A stretch of DNA of 64,000 nt from an uncultured Blautia sp. (GCA_937893675.1 CALBGI010000055.1:11164-75163); one strand, 5' to 3'. Positions 30,423 through 40,868 are shown, numbered from the stretch's first letter. Made by a program: numbers and translations. Notes: a model not told the origin generated them from the sequence alone.

Positions 30423-33400
30423 ATGCTTATGGAATTTTGGGAGGAGCAGATCCGGGAAATTCTGCGTCAGCTAAAAATACTGTGCTGTTCAAAATGCGAG
30501 CCGGTTTCCGACTGGGATATCCGCTGTGAGGAACGCTCCGTCGGAGAAGACGAGCTGAATACGCCTGGGGTTGTGTGGTATGAAAGCCGGCTTGTACTTC
30601 CGCAGGTACAGGAAGGACAGAGCCTGGAATTTCATCTGGACACCGGTGTGAAAGGCGAGTGGGAGGAAGAAAATCCTCAGTTTGAGTTTTATGTAAATGG
30701 AGAAATCTGTCAGGGGATTGACCGGAATCACCGGAATGTCCTTTTGGAACAGGAAAAATGGAAAAACAGAGAAATTACGATCTCTCTGAGAGGCTACGAA
30801 AAACCTCTGAAGCTTCAGGAGGAATTCCGTTCATACGTGAGGGTTTTGGAGAAACGGGTAGAGCAGTATTATTATGATATCTATGTGCCCTTTGAGGTGA
30901 TGTGCCTTCTGGAAAAGGAGGATACGACATACACGATCCTTTTGGAGTGCCTGCAGGAATCCGTGAAAAGGCTTGATCTGCGCAAGCCCTATTCCAATGC
31001 CTTTTATGAGAGCATTGGGAAGGCGGATCTATATATTCAGAAGGAATTGTACGAGAAATACGGCGGTCATTACACGGAAGAGGTGTTCTGTGTGGGACAC
31101 ACGCACATTGATGTGGCCTGGCTCTGGACGCTGGGGGTTACCCGTAGAAAAAGCGTGCGCAGCTTTTCCACGGTTCTGAATCTGATGAAACAGTATCCGG
31201 AATACACGTTCATGTCCAGCCAGCCGCAGCTGTATCAGTTTGTCAAGGAGGAAGCGCCAAAGCTGTACGAGCAGATCCGCGCAAGAGTGGCGGAGGGACG
31301 CTGGGAGCCGGAGGGTGGAATGTTTGTGGAAGCAGACTGCAATCTTACAGGCGGGGAGGCTCTTGTTCGCCAGTTTCTTGCGGGAATCCGGTTTTTCCGG
31401 GAAGAATTCGGAAAAGATTGTGAAATTTTATGGCTTCCGGATGTATTTGGATATTCTGCTGCACTTCCGCAGATCATGAAGGAATGCAATATCCGGTATT
31501 TTATGACCACAAAGATCAACTGGAATGACACGAACAAGCTGCCCTATGATACATTTTATTGGAAGGGAATTGACGGGACAAAAGTTCTGACGCATTTTGT
31601 GCCAACCAGAGATTATTCCTCCGCCAGCAGAAAGCCGGTGACCAACCGGGAGCATACGACTTCTTTCAGCACGAATTATAATGGAGACATTCTGCCAAGC
31701 CAGATCAAAGGCGGCTGGCAGAGATATCAGCAGAAAAATCTCAACCGCCAGGTGCTCAACTCCTTTGGGTATGGGGATGGCGGCGGCGGCCCGACAAAAG
31801 AGATGCTGGAAATCCAGCGAAGACTGGAAAAGGCGATACCGGGCTGTCCAAAGACCAAAATGGCGACGGCAGGACAGTTTTTCCACCGGCTGGAGGAGGA
31901 AGCGAAGGGGAAAAAAATTCCCGTATGGAGCGGGGAGCTTTATCTGGAATATCACCGCGCAACCTATACCTCCATGGCGAAAAACAAAAGACTGAACCGC
32001 TACAGTGAATTTTTGCTCCAAAATCTGGAAATGCTGGGAATTTACAGCGGAGAGTATCCTGCAGAAGTTTTGAAGCAGGCATGGGAGGTGGTGCTTCGCA
32101 ACCAGTTCCATGATATTTTGCCGGGTTCTTCCATTGAAGAAGTATACCGCGATTCCTGGATCGAGTATGGGAAGATGCTTCCGGAAGTGGAGAAGGCAAT
32201 GGAGGCAGCTTTTGGGAAGGTGGCGGAAAGATATCAGATCCCAAAAGGAAGTCTTGTAATTTACAATTTTAACGGAACAGAGGAAAGCGGTCTTGTTGCC
32301 CTTGGGGAAGAGCAGTGGAATCAGCTGCTGCCGGCGGTGAAGCAGGGGGTAAGCCAGCTGTGTGACGACGGGGCGGTGCGGATTGCCGTTTCCGGCATTC
32401 CGGCAAAAGGGTTTGTGAACATCACAGAACGCAATTCAGACGAAACGGTGGAAAACATGGTGCAGTTTTCAGAGGAATGTGTGGAAAACTCTTTTTACCG
32501 GCTGAAACTGAACAAGCAGGGGCAGTTTGCCTCCTTTTATGATAAGCGTGTGAACCGCGAGATTTTGAAAGAGGGAATGTGCGGAAATGTGCTGATGACC
32601 TTTGAGGATAAGCCCTTTCAGTTTGACAACTGGAATCTGGAGCATTATTACACCGAAAAGTTCTGGGAAGTGACGGAGCTGACCCAAAAAGAGATTACGG
32701 AGACAGGGCCTTTGCGTTACAGCATAAGGCTTACCTATCAATATCTGGATTCGGTTATCGTGGAAACCCTCCGTTTCTATCCGGACAGCAGCAGAATCGA
32801 TCTGGACTTTGCTATTGACTGGAAGGAAGACCAGCTGTTCCTGAAATTGCTGTTCCCGTTGGAGCTGAACACCAATGAGGCTTCTTTTGACATCCAGTAT
32901 GGAAATGTGACGCGAAGCACAGCCAGAAATACCTCCTGGGACTGCGCACGTTTTGAAGTGTGCTGCCAGAAGTGGATGGATGTGTCGGAGGAGGGATATG
33001 GGGTAAGTTTCCTGAACGACTGCAAATATGGCGTCAGCGTGGAGGAAAACGTGGTTGGGATTTCTCTCATCAAGTGCGGAACCTATCCGAATCCCAAAGC
33101 AGACAGAGGACGTCATGTATTTTCTATTGCCATGTATCCGCATCTTTGGCGCTGGCAGGAGGCAGATACGGTGCGGGAGGCCTACCGGTTCAACAATCCG
33201 CTGCGCGGTGTTGTAAGCGCTGCGGAGACCAGCGGAGAAAAGCCGGAAGTTCTTCCCGTGATCCAGACAGATGCCTCCAATGTGATCGTGGAGACCGTGA
33301 AGCGGGCAGAAGACGGCGGAAGCCTGATCCTGCGTTTGTATGAATGCAAGAATCGCTATACGAATGTATCCTGCAAGCTGCATCCAAAGATCCAAAAAGC

Positions 33401-33512
33401 CTGGGAGTGCAATATGCTGGAAGAGGATAAGGAGGAGCTGCCTGTAAAGGAAAATGGGTTCCGGTTTGTGATGAAGCCCTATGAGATTAAAACGCTGCGG
33501 CTTTACGTGTAA
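30423..33512 (+). CDS. GH38 alpha-mannosidase
   Basis: GHTHIDVAWLW, WLPDVFGY, GYGDGGGGP, ELYLEYHR, QFHDILPGSS. Confidence 0.93.
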   Translation: MLMEFWEEQIREILRQLKILCCSKCEPVSDWDIRCEERSVGEDELNTPGVVWYESRLVLPQVQEGQSLEFHLDTGVKGEWEEENPQFEFYVNGEICQGIDRNHRNVLLEQEKWKNREITISLRGYEKPLKLQEEFRSYVRVLEKRVEQYYYDIYVPFEVMCLLEKEDTTYTILLECLQESVKRLDLRKPYSNAFYESIGKADLYIQKELYEKYGGHYTEEVFCVGHTHIDVAWLWTLGVTRRKSVRSFSTVLNLMKQYPEYTFMSSQPQLYQFVKEEAPKLYEQIRARVAEGRWEPEGGMFVEADCNLTGGEALVRQFLAGIRFFREEFGKDCEILWLPDVFGYSAALPQIMKECNIRYFMTTKINWNDTNKLPYDTFYWKGIDGTKVLTHFVPTRDYSSASRKPVTNREHTTSFSTNYNGDILPSQIKGGWQRYQQKNLNRQVLNSFGYGDGGGGPTKEMLEIQRRLEKAIPGCPKTKMATAGQFFHRLEEEAKGKKIPVWSGELYLEYHRATYTSMAKNKRLNRYSEFLLQNLEMLGIYSGEYPAEVLKQAWEVVLRNQFHDILPGSSIEEVYRDSWIEYGKMLPEVEKAMEAAFGKVAERYQIPKGSLVIYNFNGTEESGLVALGEEQWNQLLPAVKQGVSQLCDDGAVRIAVSGIPAKGFVNITERNSDETVENMVQFSEECVENSFYRLKLNKQGQFASFYDKRVNREILKEGMCGNVLMTFEDKPFQFDNWNLEHYYTEKFWEVTELTQKEITETGPLRYSIRLTYQYLDSVIVETLRFYPDSSRIDLDFAIDWKEDQLFLKLLFPLELNTNEASFDIQYGNVTRSTARNTSWDCARFEVCCQKWMDVSEEGYGVSFLNDCKYGVSVEENVVGISLIKCGTYPNPKADRGRHVFSIAMYPHLWRWQEADTVREAYRFNNPLRGVVSAAETSGEKPEVLPVIQTDASNVIVETVKRAEDGGSLILRLYECKNRYTNVSCKLHPKIQKAWECNMLEEDKEELPVKENGFRFVMKPYEIKTLRLYV

Positions 33513-33525
33513 GGCGTGCCTGATG

Positions 33526-33571
33526 AAAAAACCTCTCTGATACGTTACTTCAATGTATCAGAGAGGTTTTT
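33526..33571. terminator. Bidirectional intrinsic terminator
   Basis: AAAAAACCTCTCTGATAC...GTATCAGAGAGGTTTTT between convergent genes. Confidence 0.85.
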
Positions 33572-33576
33572 GCTGT

Positions 33577-33999
33577 CTAGTGTTTTGAAACAACGCTGCG
33601 TTTTATCTGCACCAACAATAAGACAAGGCTGACACCCAGCAGAATGTGACCAATTCCGGCAATCCCGGAGATTGCTGCATTCATACCGGAAGAAAGCGCA
33701 ACATCCAGAACCTGGGAGATGCCCCGTACCAAAAACATCACAGCGGTCAGGTTCAGACCAATATGATAAAAAATCAGCGCGCGGGCTGCGGCTGCACCGG
33801 TAAAGGAAAAATTCTTTTCCAGCAAAAGCAGCAGCAGGAAGAAGACCATGCCCAGCATGAAGTAATGGGTATGTACCACGCCCAGTGCGGTTTTGCCGGA
33901 AAAACCGTTGAATTTGGTAAACTCCCGGTAAAATACGCCTCCGATCATGGCGAGGATTGCATACAATAATGAGGTATTGATATAACGTTTCAGATACAT
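33577..33999 (-). CDS. DUF2871-like small membrane protein
   Basis: GGVFYREFTK, L..VHTH...LG, GIAGIGH; four TM segments; AAAGGAG RBS. Confidence 0.8.
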   Translation of the reverse strand: MYLKRYINTSLLYAILAMIGGVFYREFTKFNGFSGKTALGVVHTHYFMLGMVFFLLLLLLEKNFSFTGAAAARALIFYHIGLNLTAVMFLVRGISQVLDVALSSGMNAAISGIAGIGHILLGVSLVLLLVQIKRSVVSKH

Positions 34000-34052
34000 T
34001 GTGTTACTTACACTCCTTTCTCATGGCGAAATAGCCAATAAATGCGGAAATT

Positions 34053-34610
34053 TTAATAAAGAGTCCTGCGGACGATTTCCAGCACAGAATCAGGAGCAAA
34101 ATCCTGCCGGAGAAAAGCGGACAGCATTAAAGAGAACAATACATCTGCAAATTTCTCGGCTGTGAAGGCTTCTGTGAAGGCATCCGGGCGGACCCTGGCA
34201 TCCTTTTTTAAAACGGAAGTCAGGCCGGTTAAAATATGCTGCCAGGTCTGCTGCATTTGCTGCTTGCCTTCCGATTTATCTTCCTGCATAAAACCCAGAG
34301 AGTGAAGGGTAAAAAAAGCAGGATATTGTTTGCAGCCGTATTCCATCCGTCCATACATCCAGACAATGCAGGCCAGTGTATCCTGAAATACCGCCTCATC
34401 CTTTGGACGATGGAATATTTCACACCAGATACTCTCCACAGTAGCGGCCATCAATGCGGCTTTGGAATCAAAATAATTATAGATGGAACCCACAGACACG
34501 TCGCAGGCTGCCGCAACAGAGCGGATGCTGACGGCAGACCAGCCCTGCTGCTGGATCAGTTTCCTGCTGGTCTGCAGGATTTCTTCCTTTGATGTTACGA
34601 TAGTATTCAT
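34053..34610 (-). CDS. TetR/AcrR-family transcriptional regulator
   Basis: SIRSVAAACDVSVGSIYNYF.SK HTH. Confidence 0.92.
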   Translation of the reverse strand: MNTIVTSKEEILQTSRKLIQQQGWSAVSIRSVAAACDVSVGSIYNYFDSKAALMAATVESIWCEIFHRPKDEAVFQDTLACIVWMYGRMEYGCKQYPAFFTLHSLGFMQEDKSEGKQQMQQTWQHILTGLTSVLKKDARVRPDAFTEAFTAEKFADVLFSLMLSAFLRQDFAPDSVLEIVRRTLY

Positions 34611-34630
34611 TGCATCTCATCACCCCAAAT

Positions 34631-34671
34631 TGAACGATGTTCATTTTAAGCGAAGAAGCTCAAATTGTCAA
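34631..34671 (-). promoter_or_regulatory. tetR promoter with palindromic operator TGAAC-GAT-GTTCA
   Basis: Minus-strand TTGACA(34671)-17 bp-TAAAAT(34648); palindrome 34631-34643 just downstream. Confidence 0.65.
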
Positions 34672-34699
34672 TAATTATTTGGTGATTGCGTGTAATTCA

Positions 34700-34728
34700 T
34701 TGACAAAGTTTTCTTTACGAATTATAAT
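34700..34728 (+). promoter_or_regulatory. Consensus sigma-A promoter of the polyamine operon
   Basis: TTGACA(34700)-17 bp-TATAAT(34723). Confidence 0.85.
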
Positions 34729-34734
34729 AAGCTC

Positions 34735-34958
34735 AGTGAGTAAAACGGAGTATGTTTTGCAAAGCGAATTATTGATTGAGTTAGAAACTCAAATTTTATA
34801 AGTTGATTACTTTATAATCAGTGCGTAAGCATGTCATCTTGTGAAACGGTCAATAAGAGTAGCTGGTATTTTACAGATTGTACTCTGAACATATTCCCTG
34901 AAAAGAGTGATTATTAACGACGTTAAAAAAGCAAGTGGATGTTTCCGCTTGCTTTTTT
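34735..34958 (+). promoter_or_regulatory. Structured 5' leader/attenuator with premature terminator (34925-34958)
   Basis: Several hairpins, short uORFs, and a strong terminator AAAAAAGCAAGTGGA-TGTT-TCCGCTTGCTTTTTT between the promoter and speA. Confidence 0.65.
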
Positions 34959-35004
34959 GTGTAACAGGAAATATATATTTTTGGATTTGGCGGAGGAAGA
35001 GACA

Positions 35005-36453
35005 GTGAATCTGGAAGAACAGAAGTCCGCTCCGGTGTATGAGGCACTGGAGCGTTTTCGGAAAAAACGGGTCGTGCCATTTGACGTGCCCGGACATAAA
35101 AGAGGCAGAGGAAACCCGGAGCTGGTGAATCTTCTGGGAGAAAAATGCGTGGGTCTGGATGTGAATTCCATGAAGCCTTTGGACAATCTGGGGCATCCGG
35201 TATCCGTGATCCGCAGGGCGGAGGAGCTGACGGCAGAAGCCTTCGGGGCCGCCCATGCTTTTCTCATGGTGAACGGAACCACCAGCTCCGTGCAGAGCAT
35301 GATCCTGTCGGTGTGTAAGGCCGGAGACAAAATTATTCTTCCCAGAAACGTGCACAAGAGCGTGATCAATGCGCTGGTGCTCTGCGGGGCAGTTCCGGTG
35401 TATGTGGAAGCAAAGGTAAACCATCAGATCGGCATCGTCATGGGCGTGGCTGTGGAGGAAATGCGCCGTGCCATGGATGAGCACCCGGATGCGGTGGCGG
35501 TCTTTGTGAACAATCCTACCTATTATGGCATCTGCTCCGATATCAGAGAGATCGCCAGGCTTGCCCATGAGCGCGGCATGAAGGTGCTGGCGGACGAAGC
35601 CCACGGGACGCATCTCTATTTCGGAGACGACCTTCCGGTTTCGGGAATCGCCGCGGGCGCGGACATGGCGGCAGTTTCCATGCACAAATCCGGCGGAAGC
35701 CTGACACAGAGTTCTATCCTTCTGTGCGGGGAAAATATGGATGCGGAATATGTGCGCCAGATCATCAATCTGACTCAGACCACCAGCGCGTCCTATCTTC
35801 TGTTGTCCAGCCTTGACATTTCCAGAAGAAACCTGGCCTTAAGAGGACGGGAGTCCTTTGCCAAGGTGACCAAAATGGCGGAATATGCCAGAGGCGAGAT
35901 CAATGCGATCGGCGGATATTACGCCTACGGAAAAGAACTGATTGACGGAAAGCATGTGTTTGACTATGATGTGACGAAGCTTTCCGTGTATACCCAGGGG
36001 ATCGGCCTGACGGGGATTGAGGTGTACGATCTTCTGCGGGATGAATATGACATTCAGATTGAATTCGGAGATATCGGAAATATTCTGGCCTATATCTCCA
36101 TTGGAGACCGGATCCAGGATATTGAACGTCTGGTGGGGGCGCTGGAGGATATCCGGCATACCTATCAGAAAGAATCCGGCACCCTTTACTGCGGAGATTT
36201 TATCAAGCCGGAATGCGTGATGACGCCGCAGAAGGCTTTTTATGCAGAAAAGAAGCAGCTGCCGCTGCAAGATACCGCCGGCGGCATCTGTGCCGAAATG
36301 GTGATGTGCTATCCTCCGGGAATCCCGATCCTGACACCGGGAGAGCGGATCACAGAGGAGATCATCGAGTATATTTCCTACGCAAAGGAAAAGGGCTGTT
36401 CGCTTCAGGGGACTAAGGACCCGGAGGTGGAATATTTGAGCGTCATAGTTTGA
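35005..36453 (+). CDS. speA: Arginine decarboxylase (Orn/Lys/Arg decarboxylase, fold type I)
   Basis: VPGHK, VNGTT, PRNVHKS, DEAHG, SMHK, YPPGIP; GTG start after GGAGGA; clustered with aguA/aguB. Confidence 0.88.
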   Translation: MNLEEQKSAPVYEALERFRKKRVVPFDVPGHKRGRGNPELVNLLGEKCVGLDVNSMKPLDNLGHPVSVIRRAEELTAEAFGAAHAFLMVNGTTSSVQSMILSVCKAGDKIILPRNVHKSVINALVLCGAVPVYVEAKVNHQIGIVMGVAVEEMRRAMDEHPDAVAVFVNNPTYYGICSDIREIARLAHERGMKVLADEAHGTHLYFGDDLPVSGIAAGADMAAVSMHKSGGSLTQSSILLCGENMDAEYVRQIINLTQTTSASYLLLSSLDISRRNLALRGRESFAKVTKMAEYARGEINAIGGYYAYGKELIDGKHVFDYDVTKLSVYTQGIGLTGIEVYDLLRDEYDIQIEFGDIGNILAYISIGDRIQDIERLVGALEDIRHTYQKESGTLYCGDFIKPECVMTPQKAFYAEKKQLPLQDTAGGICAEMVMCYPPGIPILTPGERITEEIIEYISYAKEKGCSLQGTKDPEVEYLSVIV

Positions 36454-36468
36454 GGGAGGTGAAGGCAG

Positions 36469-37329
36469 ATGGATATTTGGTTTTCCCAGATGGATACAGA
36501 GAATGTAAAAACCAGTATCCGTGTGGACAAACAGCTTTTCAGCGCAACCAGTGAATATCAGCGGATTGATGTGTTTGAATCCAAGGAATTCGGAAAAATG
36601 ATCGTCCTTGACGGGGAGATTATTTTTTCCGAGGCGGACGAGTTTATTTATAATGAAATGGTGGTGCATGTGCCCATGGCAGTGCATCCCAATGTGAAAA
36701 ACGTTCTGATCATCGGCGGCGGCGACGGCGGCGTGGCGAGAGCGTGTATTGAGTATCCGGAGATCGAGACCATTGACGTGGTGGAGCCGGACAAGATGTT
36801 TGTAAAGGTGAGCCGGGAGTTTTTTCCGGAGACGGCCAAGGGCTTTGACGATGCGCGTGTGAAGATCACCAATCAGGACGGGCTTCGTTTCTTAAGAGGA
36901 TGTGAGAATCAATACGATCTGATCATCAACGATTCCACAGATCCCTTTGGCCATACGGAAGGCCTGTTTACCAGAGAATTTTACGGCAAATGCTATCGTG
37001 CCCTTCGGGAGGACGGCATTATGGTGTATCAGCACGGAAGCCCGTTTTATGATGAGGACGAGGCGGCATTTCGGGCCATGCACCGCAAGGTTTACAAGAG
37101 CTTTCCCATAAGCAGGGTTTATCAGGCAAGTATTCCCACCTGCCCGGCGGGCTACTGGATGTTTGGGTTTGCCTCCAAGAAATACCATCCGCTCAGAGAT
37201 TTTAACCCGGAGCGGTGGAAAAAAAGAGGAATCAAGACCTGGTACTATACGCCCAATCTCCACAGAGGGGCGTTCATGCTTCCAAAATATATTGAAGATT
37301 TATTGAAAGAGGAGGAAAAAATAAAATGA
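36469..37329 (+). CDS. speE: Spermidine synthase-like polyamine aminopropyltransferase
   Basis: VLIIGGGDGG, DEFIY.EM, YDLII.DSTDP. Confidence 0.9.
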   Translation: MDIWFSQMDTENVKTSIRVDKQLFSATSEYQRIDVFESKEFGKMIVLDGEIIFSEADEFIYNEMVVHVPMAVHPNVKNVLIIGGGDGGVARACIEYPEIETIDVVEPDKMFVKVSREFFPETAKGFDDARVKITNQDGLRFLRGCENQYDLIINDSTDPFGHTEGLFTREFYGKCYRALREDGIMVYQHGSPFYDEDEAAFRAMHRKVYKSFPISRVYQASIPTCPAGYWMFGFASKKYHPLRDFNPERWKKRGIKTWYYTPNLHRGAFMLPKYIEDLLKEEEKIK

Positions 37330-38585
37330 GCAGACTGATGATTATCGGATGCGGCGGAGTTGCTTCCGTAGCTGTACACAAATGCTGTCAGAACAGCGAG
37401 GTTTTTGAGGAGATCATGATTGCCAGCCGCACGGTTTCCAAGTGCGATGCTTTGAAGGAGAAGCTGGCGCCCACCACAAAGACGAAGATCACCACAGCGC
37501 AGGTGGATGCGGACAATGTAGAGGAGCTGACCGCGCTCATCAAATCCTACAAGCCGGATGCGGTTCTGAATGTGGCGCTTCCCTACCAGGATCTCACCAT
37601 TATGGACGCCTGCCTGGCAGCGGGGGTACACTATATCGACACAGCAAACTATGAGGCGGAGAATACCGAAGACCCGCAGTGGCGCGCGGTCTATGAAGAG
37701 CGCTGTAAGCGTCTTGGCTTTACGGCATACTTTGATTATTCCTGGCAGTGGGCATATCAGGAAAAATTTGAAAAAGCAGGTCTTACCGCGCTTCTGGGAA
37801 CCGGCTTTGACCCCGGTGTGACCAGCGTGTTTGTGGCTTACGCGCAGAAGCATTATTTTGACGAGATCCACACCATTGACATTCTGGACTGCAACGGCGG
37901 CGACCACGGTTATCCCTTTGCCACAAACTTTAATCCGGAGATCAACCTCCGCGAGGTATCTGCACCGGGCTCCTACTGGGAAAACGGCAAATGGGTGGAG
38001 ATTCCGGCAATGAGCATCAAGCGGGAATACAATTTCGCAGAAGTGGGACAAAAAGACATGTACCTGCTTCACCACGAGGAGATCGAGGCTCTGGCAAAGA
38101 ACATTCCGGGTGTGAAGAGAATCCGTTTCTTTATGACCTTCGGACAGAGCTATCTGACCCATATGAAATGTCTGGAAAACGTAGGAATGCTTTCCACCGT
38201 ACCGGTTGATTTTAACGGTCAGCAGATCGTGCCCATCCAGTTCCTGAGAAGACTGCTTCCGGATCCGGCATCTCTGGGCCCGAGAACCGTTGGCAAGACC
38301 AACATCGGCTGCATCTTTACCGGAATCAAGGACGGCAAGGAAAAGACCCTCTATATTTACAATGTATGTGACCACCAGGAATGCTATAAGGAAGTGGAAT
38401 CCCAGGCGATCTCCTACACCACAGGCGTTCCGGCGATGATCGGCTCCATGATGGTCGTGTCCGGATTGTGGAAGAAGCCGGGCGTATTTACCACAGACGA
38501 GTTTGATCCGGATCCCTATATGGAAGCGCTGAACCGTTGGGGACTTCCCTGGGTTGTGGAAGAAAATCCGGTATTAGTGGACTGA
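37326..38585 (+). CDS. Carboxy(nor)spermidine dehydrogenase (saccharopine dehydrogenase family)
   Basis: IGCGGVA, NVALPYQDL, GFDPGVT, FATNFNPEINLRE, QAISYTTGVPA; next to nspC. Confidence 0.9.
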   Translation: MSRLMIIGCGGVASVAVHKCCQNSEVFEEIMIASRTVSKCDALKEKLAPTTKTKITTAQVDADNVEELTALIKSYKPDAVLNVALPYQDLTIMDACLAAGVHYIDTANYEAENTEDPQWRAVYEERCKRLGFTAYFDYSWQWAYQEKFEKAGLTALLGTGFDPGVTSVFVAYAQKHYFDEIHTIDILDCNGGDHGYPFATNFNPEINLREVSAPGSYWENGKWVEIPAMSIKREYNFAEVGQKDMYLLHHEEIEALAKNIPGVKRIRFFMTFGQSYLTHMKCLENVGMLSTVPVDFNGQQIVPIQFLRRLLPDPASLGPRTVGKTNIGCIFTGIKDGKEKTLYIYNVCDHQECYKEVESQAISYTTGVPAMIGSMMVVSGLWKKPGVFTTDEFDPDPYMEALNRWGLPWVVEENPVLVD

Positions 38586-38589
38586 TCCT

Positions 38590-39732
38590 ATGAAAATTCA
38601 TGAAATCCCAACACCGGCTTATGTGCTGGATGAAGAAAAGCTGAAAAAAAATCTGGAAATTCTAAAGAGTGTGAGCCAGCGGGCAGGATGTAAGATCCTG
38701 CTCGCCCAGAAGGCGTTTTCCATGTTCTGCGAATACCCCCTCATCGGGCAGTATCTGGCGGGAACCACAGCCAGCGGCCTTTATGAGGCGCGTCTGGGAT
38801 ATGAGGAAATGGGCAGAGAAAATCATATTTTTTCGCCTGCCTACCGGGAATCAGAAATAGACGAGATCGCAGAGATCTGCGGCCATATGATTTTTAATTC
38901 CTTTTCCCAGCTGCGCAAATACAAAGAAAAATGCCGGGGTAAGGCAAGCATCGGTCTTCGCATCAATCCGGAGTGTTCCACCCAGGAGGGCCATGCGATT
39001 TACGATCCCTGTGCGCCGGGCTCCAGGCTGGGGATTCCCTTTGAGACTTTTCAGAGGGAGGTTACAGCAGAGCCAAAGCTGCTTGAGGGCGTGGAGGGAC
39101 TTCATTTTCACACGCTGTGCGAGCAGAATGCGGACGCTCTGAAAAAGACTCTGGAAGCAGTGGAGGCAAAATTTGCCCCGTACCTTTCGCAGATGAAGTG
39201 GCTGAACATGGGCGGCGGGCATCACATTACCCGCGAGGATTATGATGTGGAATGTCTGATCCGCTGCGTGCGCCATATGAAAGAGACCTACGGTCTGGAG
39301 ATCTATCTGGAGCCGGGAGAGGCCATTGCCTTAAACGCCGGGTATCTGGTGACAGAGGTTATGGATGTGGTGGAAAACGGAATCAAGATTCTGATCCTGG
39401 ACGCTTCTGCGGCCTGCCATATGCCGGATGTGCTGGAGATGCCTTACCGTCCGCCGCTGAAAGACAGCGGGCTTCCGGGAGAAAAGAAATATACGTATCG
39501 TCTGTCCTCCTGCACCTGTCTTGCCGGGGATGTCATCGGAGACTATTCCTTTGACCGGGAAATCCACCCGGGAGACCGGCTGTATTTTGAGGATATGGCG
39601 ATTTATTCCATGGTAAAAAACAATACCTTCAACGGAATCGGCCTGCCCTGCCTTGCGGTTATGGACGAAGACAAAAACTGCCGTGTGATCAAGGAATTTG
39701 GTTACCGGGATTTTAAGGAAAGGTTGTCGTGA
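38590..39732 (+). CDS. nspC: Carboxynorspermidine decarboxylase
   Basis: [60 protein letters not shown]. Confidence 0.95.
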   Translation: MKIHEIPTPAYVLDEEKLKKNLEILKSVSQRAGCKILLAQKAFSMFCEYPLIGQYLAGTTASGLYEARLGYEEMGRENHIFSPAYRESEIDEIAEICGHMIFNSFSQLRKYKEKCRGKASIGLRINPECSTQEGHAIYDPCAPGSRLGIPFETFQREVTAEPKLLEGVEGLHFHTLCEQNADALKKTLEAVEAKFAPYLSQMKWLNMGGGHHITREDYDVECLIRCVRHMKETYGLEIYLEPGEAIALNAGYLVTEVMDVVENGIKILILDASAACHMPDVLEMPYRPPLKDSGLPGEKKYTYRLSSCTCLAGDVIGDYSFDREIHPGDRLYFEDMAIYSMVKNNTFNGIGLPCLAVMDEDKNCRVIKEFGYRDFKERLS

Positions 39733-40868
39733 ACATGAAGATAAGCAGCAGATTTCCGGGACAGGAGCGCTTTCGGATGCCAGGAGAATATGAGCCCCAC
39801 AGAGGCTGCGTGATGATATGGCCGGTGCGTCCGGGCTCCTGGCCTCACAGCGCGCGGGAGGCGCAGCAGACCTTTGTCACCATTGCCCGTGAGATCGCAA
39901 AAAGCGAGACGCTGTGGATGCTTGCCTTCGGGGAGCATCTTGCGGAGGCGAAAAGCGCCTTTGCAGGCTGTGAAAATATTGAGGTGCTGGAGATAGAGAC
40001 GGACGACGCCTGGGCCAGAGATGTGGGCCCTACCTGCGTGGTGAATGATGCCGGCGAGGTCAGAGGCATTGACTGGCAGTTTAATGCCTGGGGCGGGGCG
40101 TATGACGGTCTCTATGCCCACTGGGAAAAAGACAATCTGGCAGCGGAAAAGATCTGTGACGCCCTTTCCCTTGCCTGCTATGACGCGCAGGATTTTGTGC
40201 TGGAGGGCGGCTCTGTCCATGCGGACGGAGAGGGAACGCTTCTGGTGACGGAAGCCTGCCTGCTCAGTCCGGGAAGAAACCCGCAGCTCACAAAAGAGCA
40301 GATTGAGACGAAGCTTTTGGCGTATCTGGGCGCAGAGAAGGTCATCTGGCTCCCGAGAGGAATTTATCAGGATGAGACAAACGAGCATGTGGATAATGTA
40401 TGCGCCTTTGTCCGTCCCGGCGAGGTGGTCCTGGCCTGGACGGATGATCCTCAGGATCCCCAGTGGGAGCTGAGCCATGCCTGTCTGGAACTTCTGGAAA
40501 AAGAGAGGGATGCAAAAGGGCGAAAGCTCAAGGTGCATAAGCTTCCGATTCCCCAAAAGCCGGTGTGCATTACCGAAGAAGAGCTGGCCGGTTTTGAGTT
40601 TGAAGAGGGAGAGGACATGCGGGAGGCCGGAGAACGTCTGGCTGCCAGCTATGTGAATTTTTATATTGCAAACAAAAGTGTTCTGGTCCCTCAGTTTGGG
40701 GACGTAAACGACGAGAGGGCGGTGAATATTCTGGGAGAGCTTTTCCCGGATCGGAAGGTGGTTCCGGTGTACGCCCGCCCGGTTATTGTGGGCGGCGGAA
40801 ATATTCACTGCATCACCCAGCAGATCCCGCTGGGAAAAACATGTGACAGGGCAGGTGAAGAAGAATGA
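39729..40868 (+). CDS. aguA: Agmatine deiminase
   Basis: [41 protein letters not shown]. Confidence 0.95.
   Translation: MNMKISSRFPGQERFRMPGEYEPHRGCVMIWPVRPGSWPHSAREAQQTFVTIAREIAKSETLWMLAFGEHLAEAKSAFAGCENIEVLEIETDDAWARDVGPTCVVNDAGEVRGIDWQFNAWGGAYDGLYAHWEKDNLAAEKICDALSLACYDAQDFVLEGGSVHADGEGTLLVTEACLLSPGRNPQLTKEQIETKLLAYLGAEKVIWLPRGIYQDETNEHVDNVCAFVRPGEVVLAWTDDPQDPQWELSHACLELLEKERDAKGRKLKVHKLPIPQKPVCITEEELAGFEFEEGEDMREAGERLAASYVNFYIANKSVLVPQFGDVNDERAVNILGELFPDRKVVPVYARPVIVGGGNIHCITQQIPLGKTCDRAGEEE

Noticed and set aside
34735..34958. SAM-I, lysine or T-box riboswitch assignment for the speA leader
   Set aside because: Conserved cores of these families not visible by eye; kept as an unassigned candidate
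34939..35004. Upstream-extended starts in the ORF track (speA 34939; also 589, 3212, 6635, 14585, 24718, 42661, 46254, 49764, 54172, 55946)
   Set aside because: Extensions run through terminators, promoters or the upstream gene; downstream starts have a better RBS and/or match family N-termini
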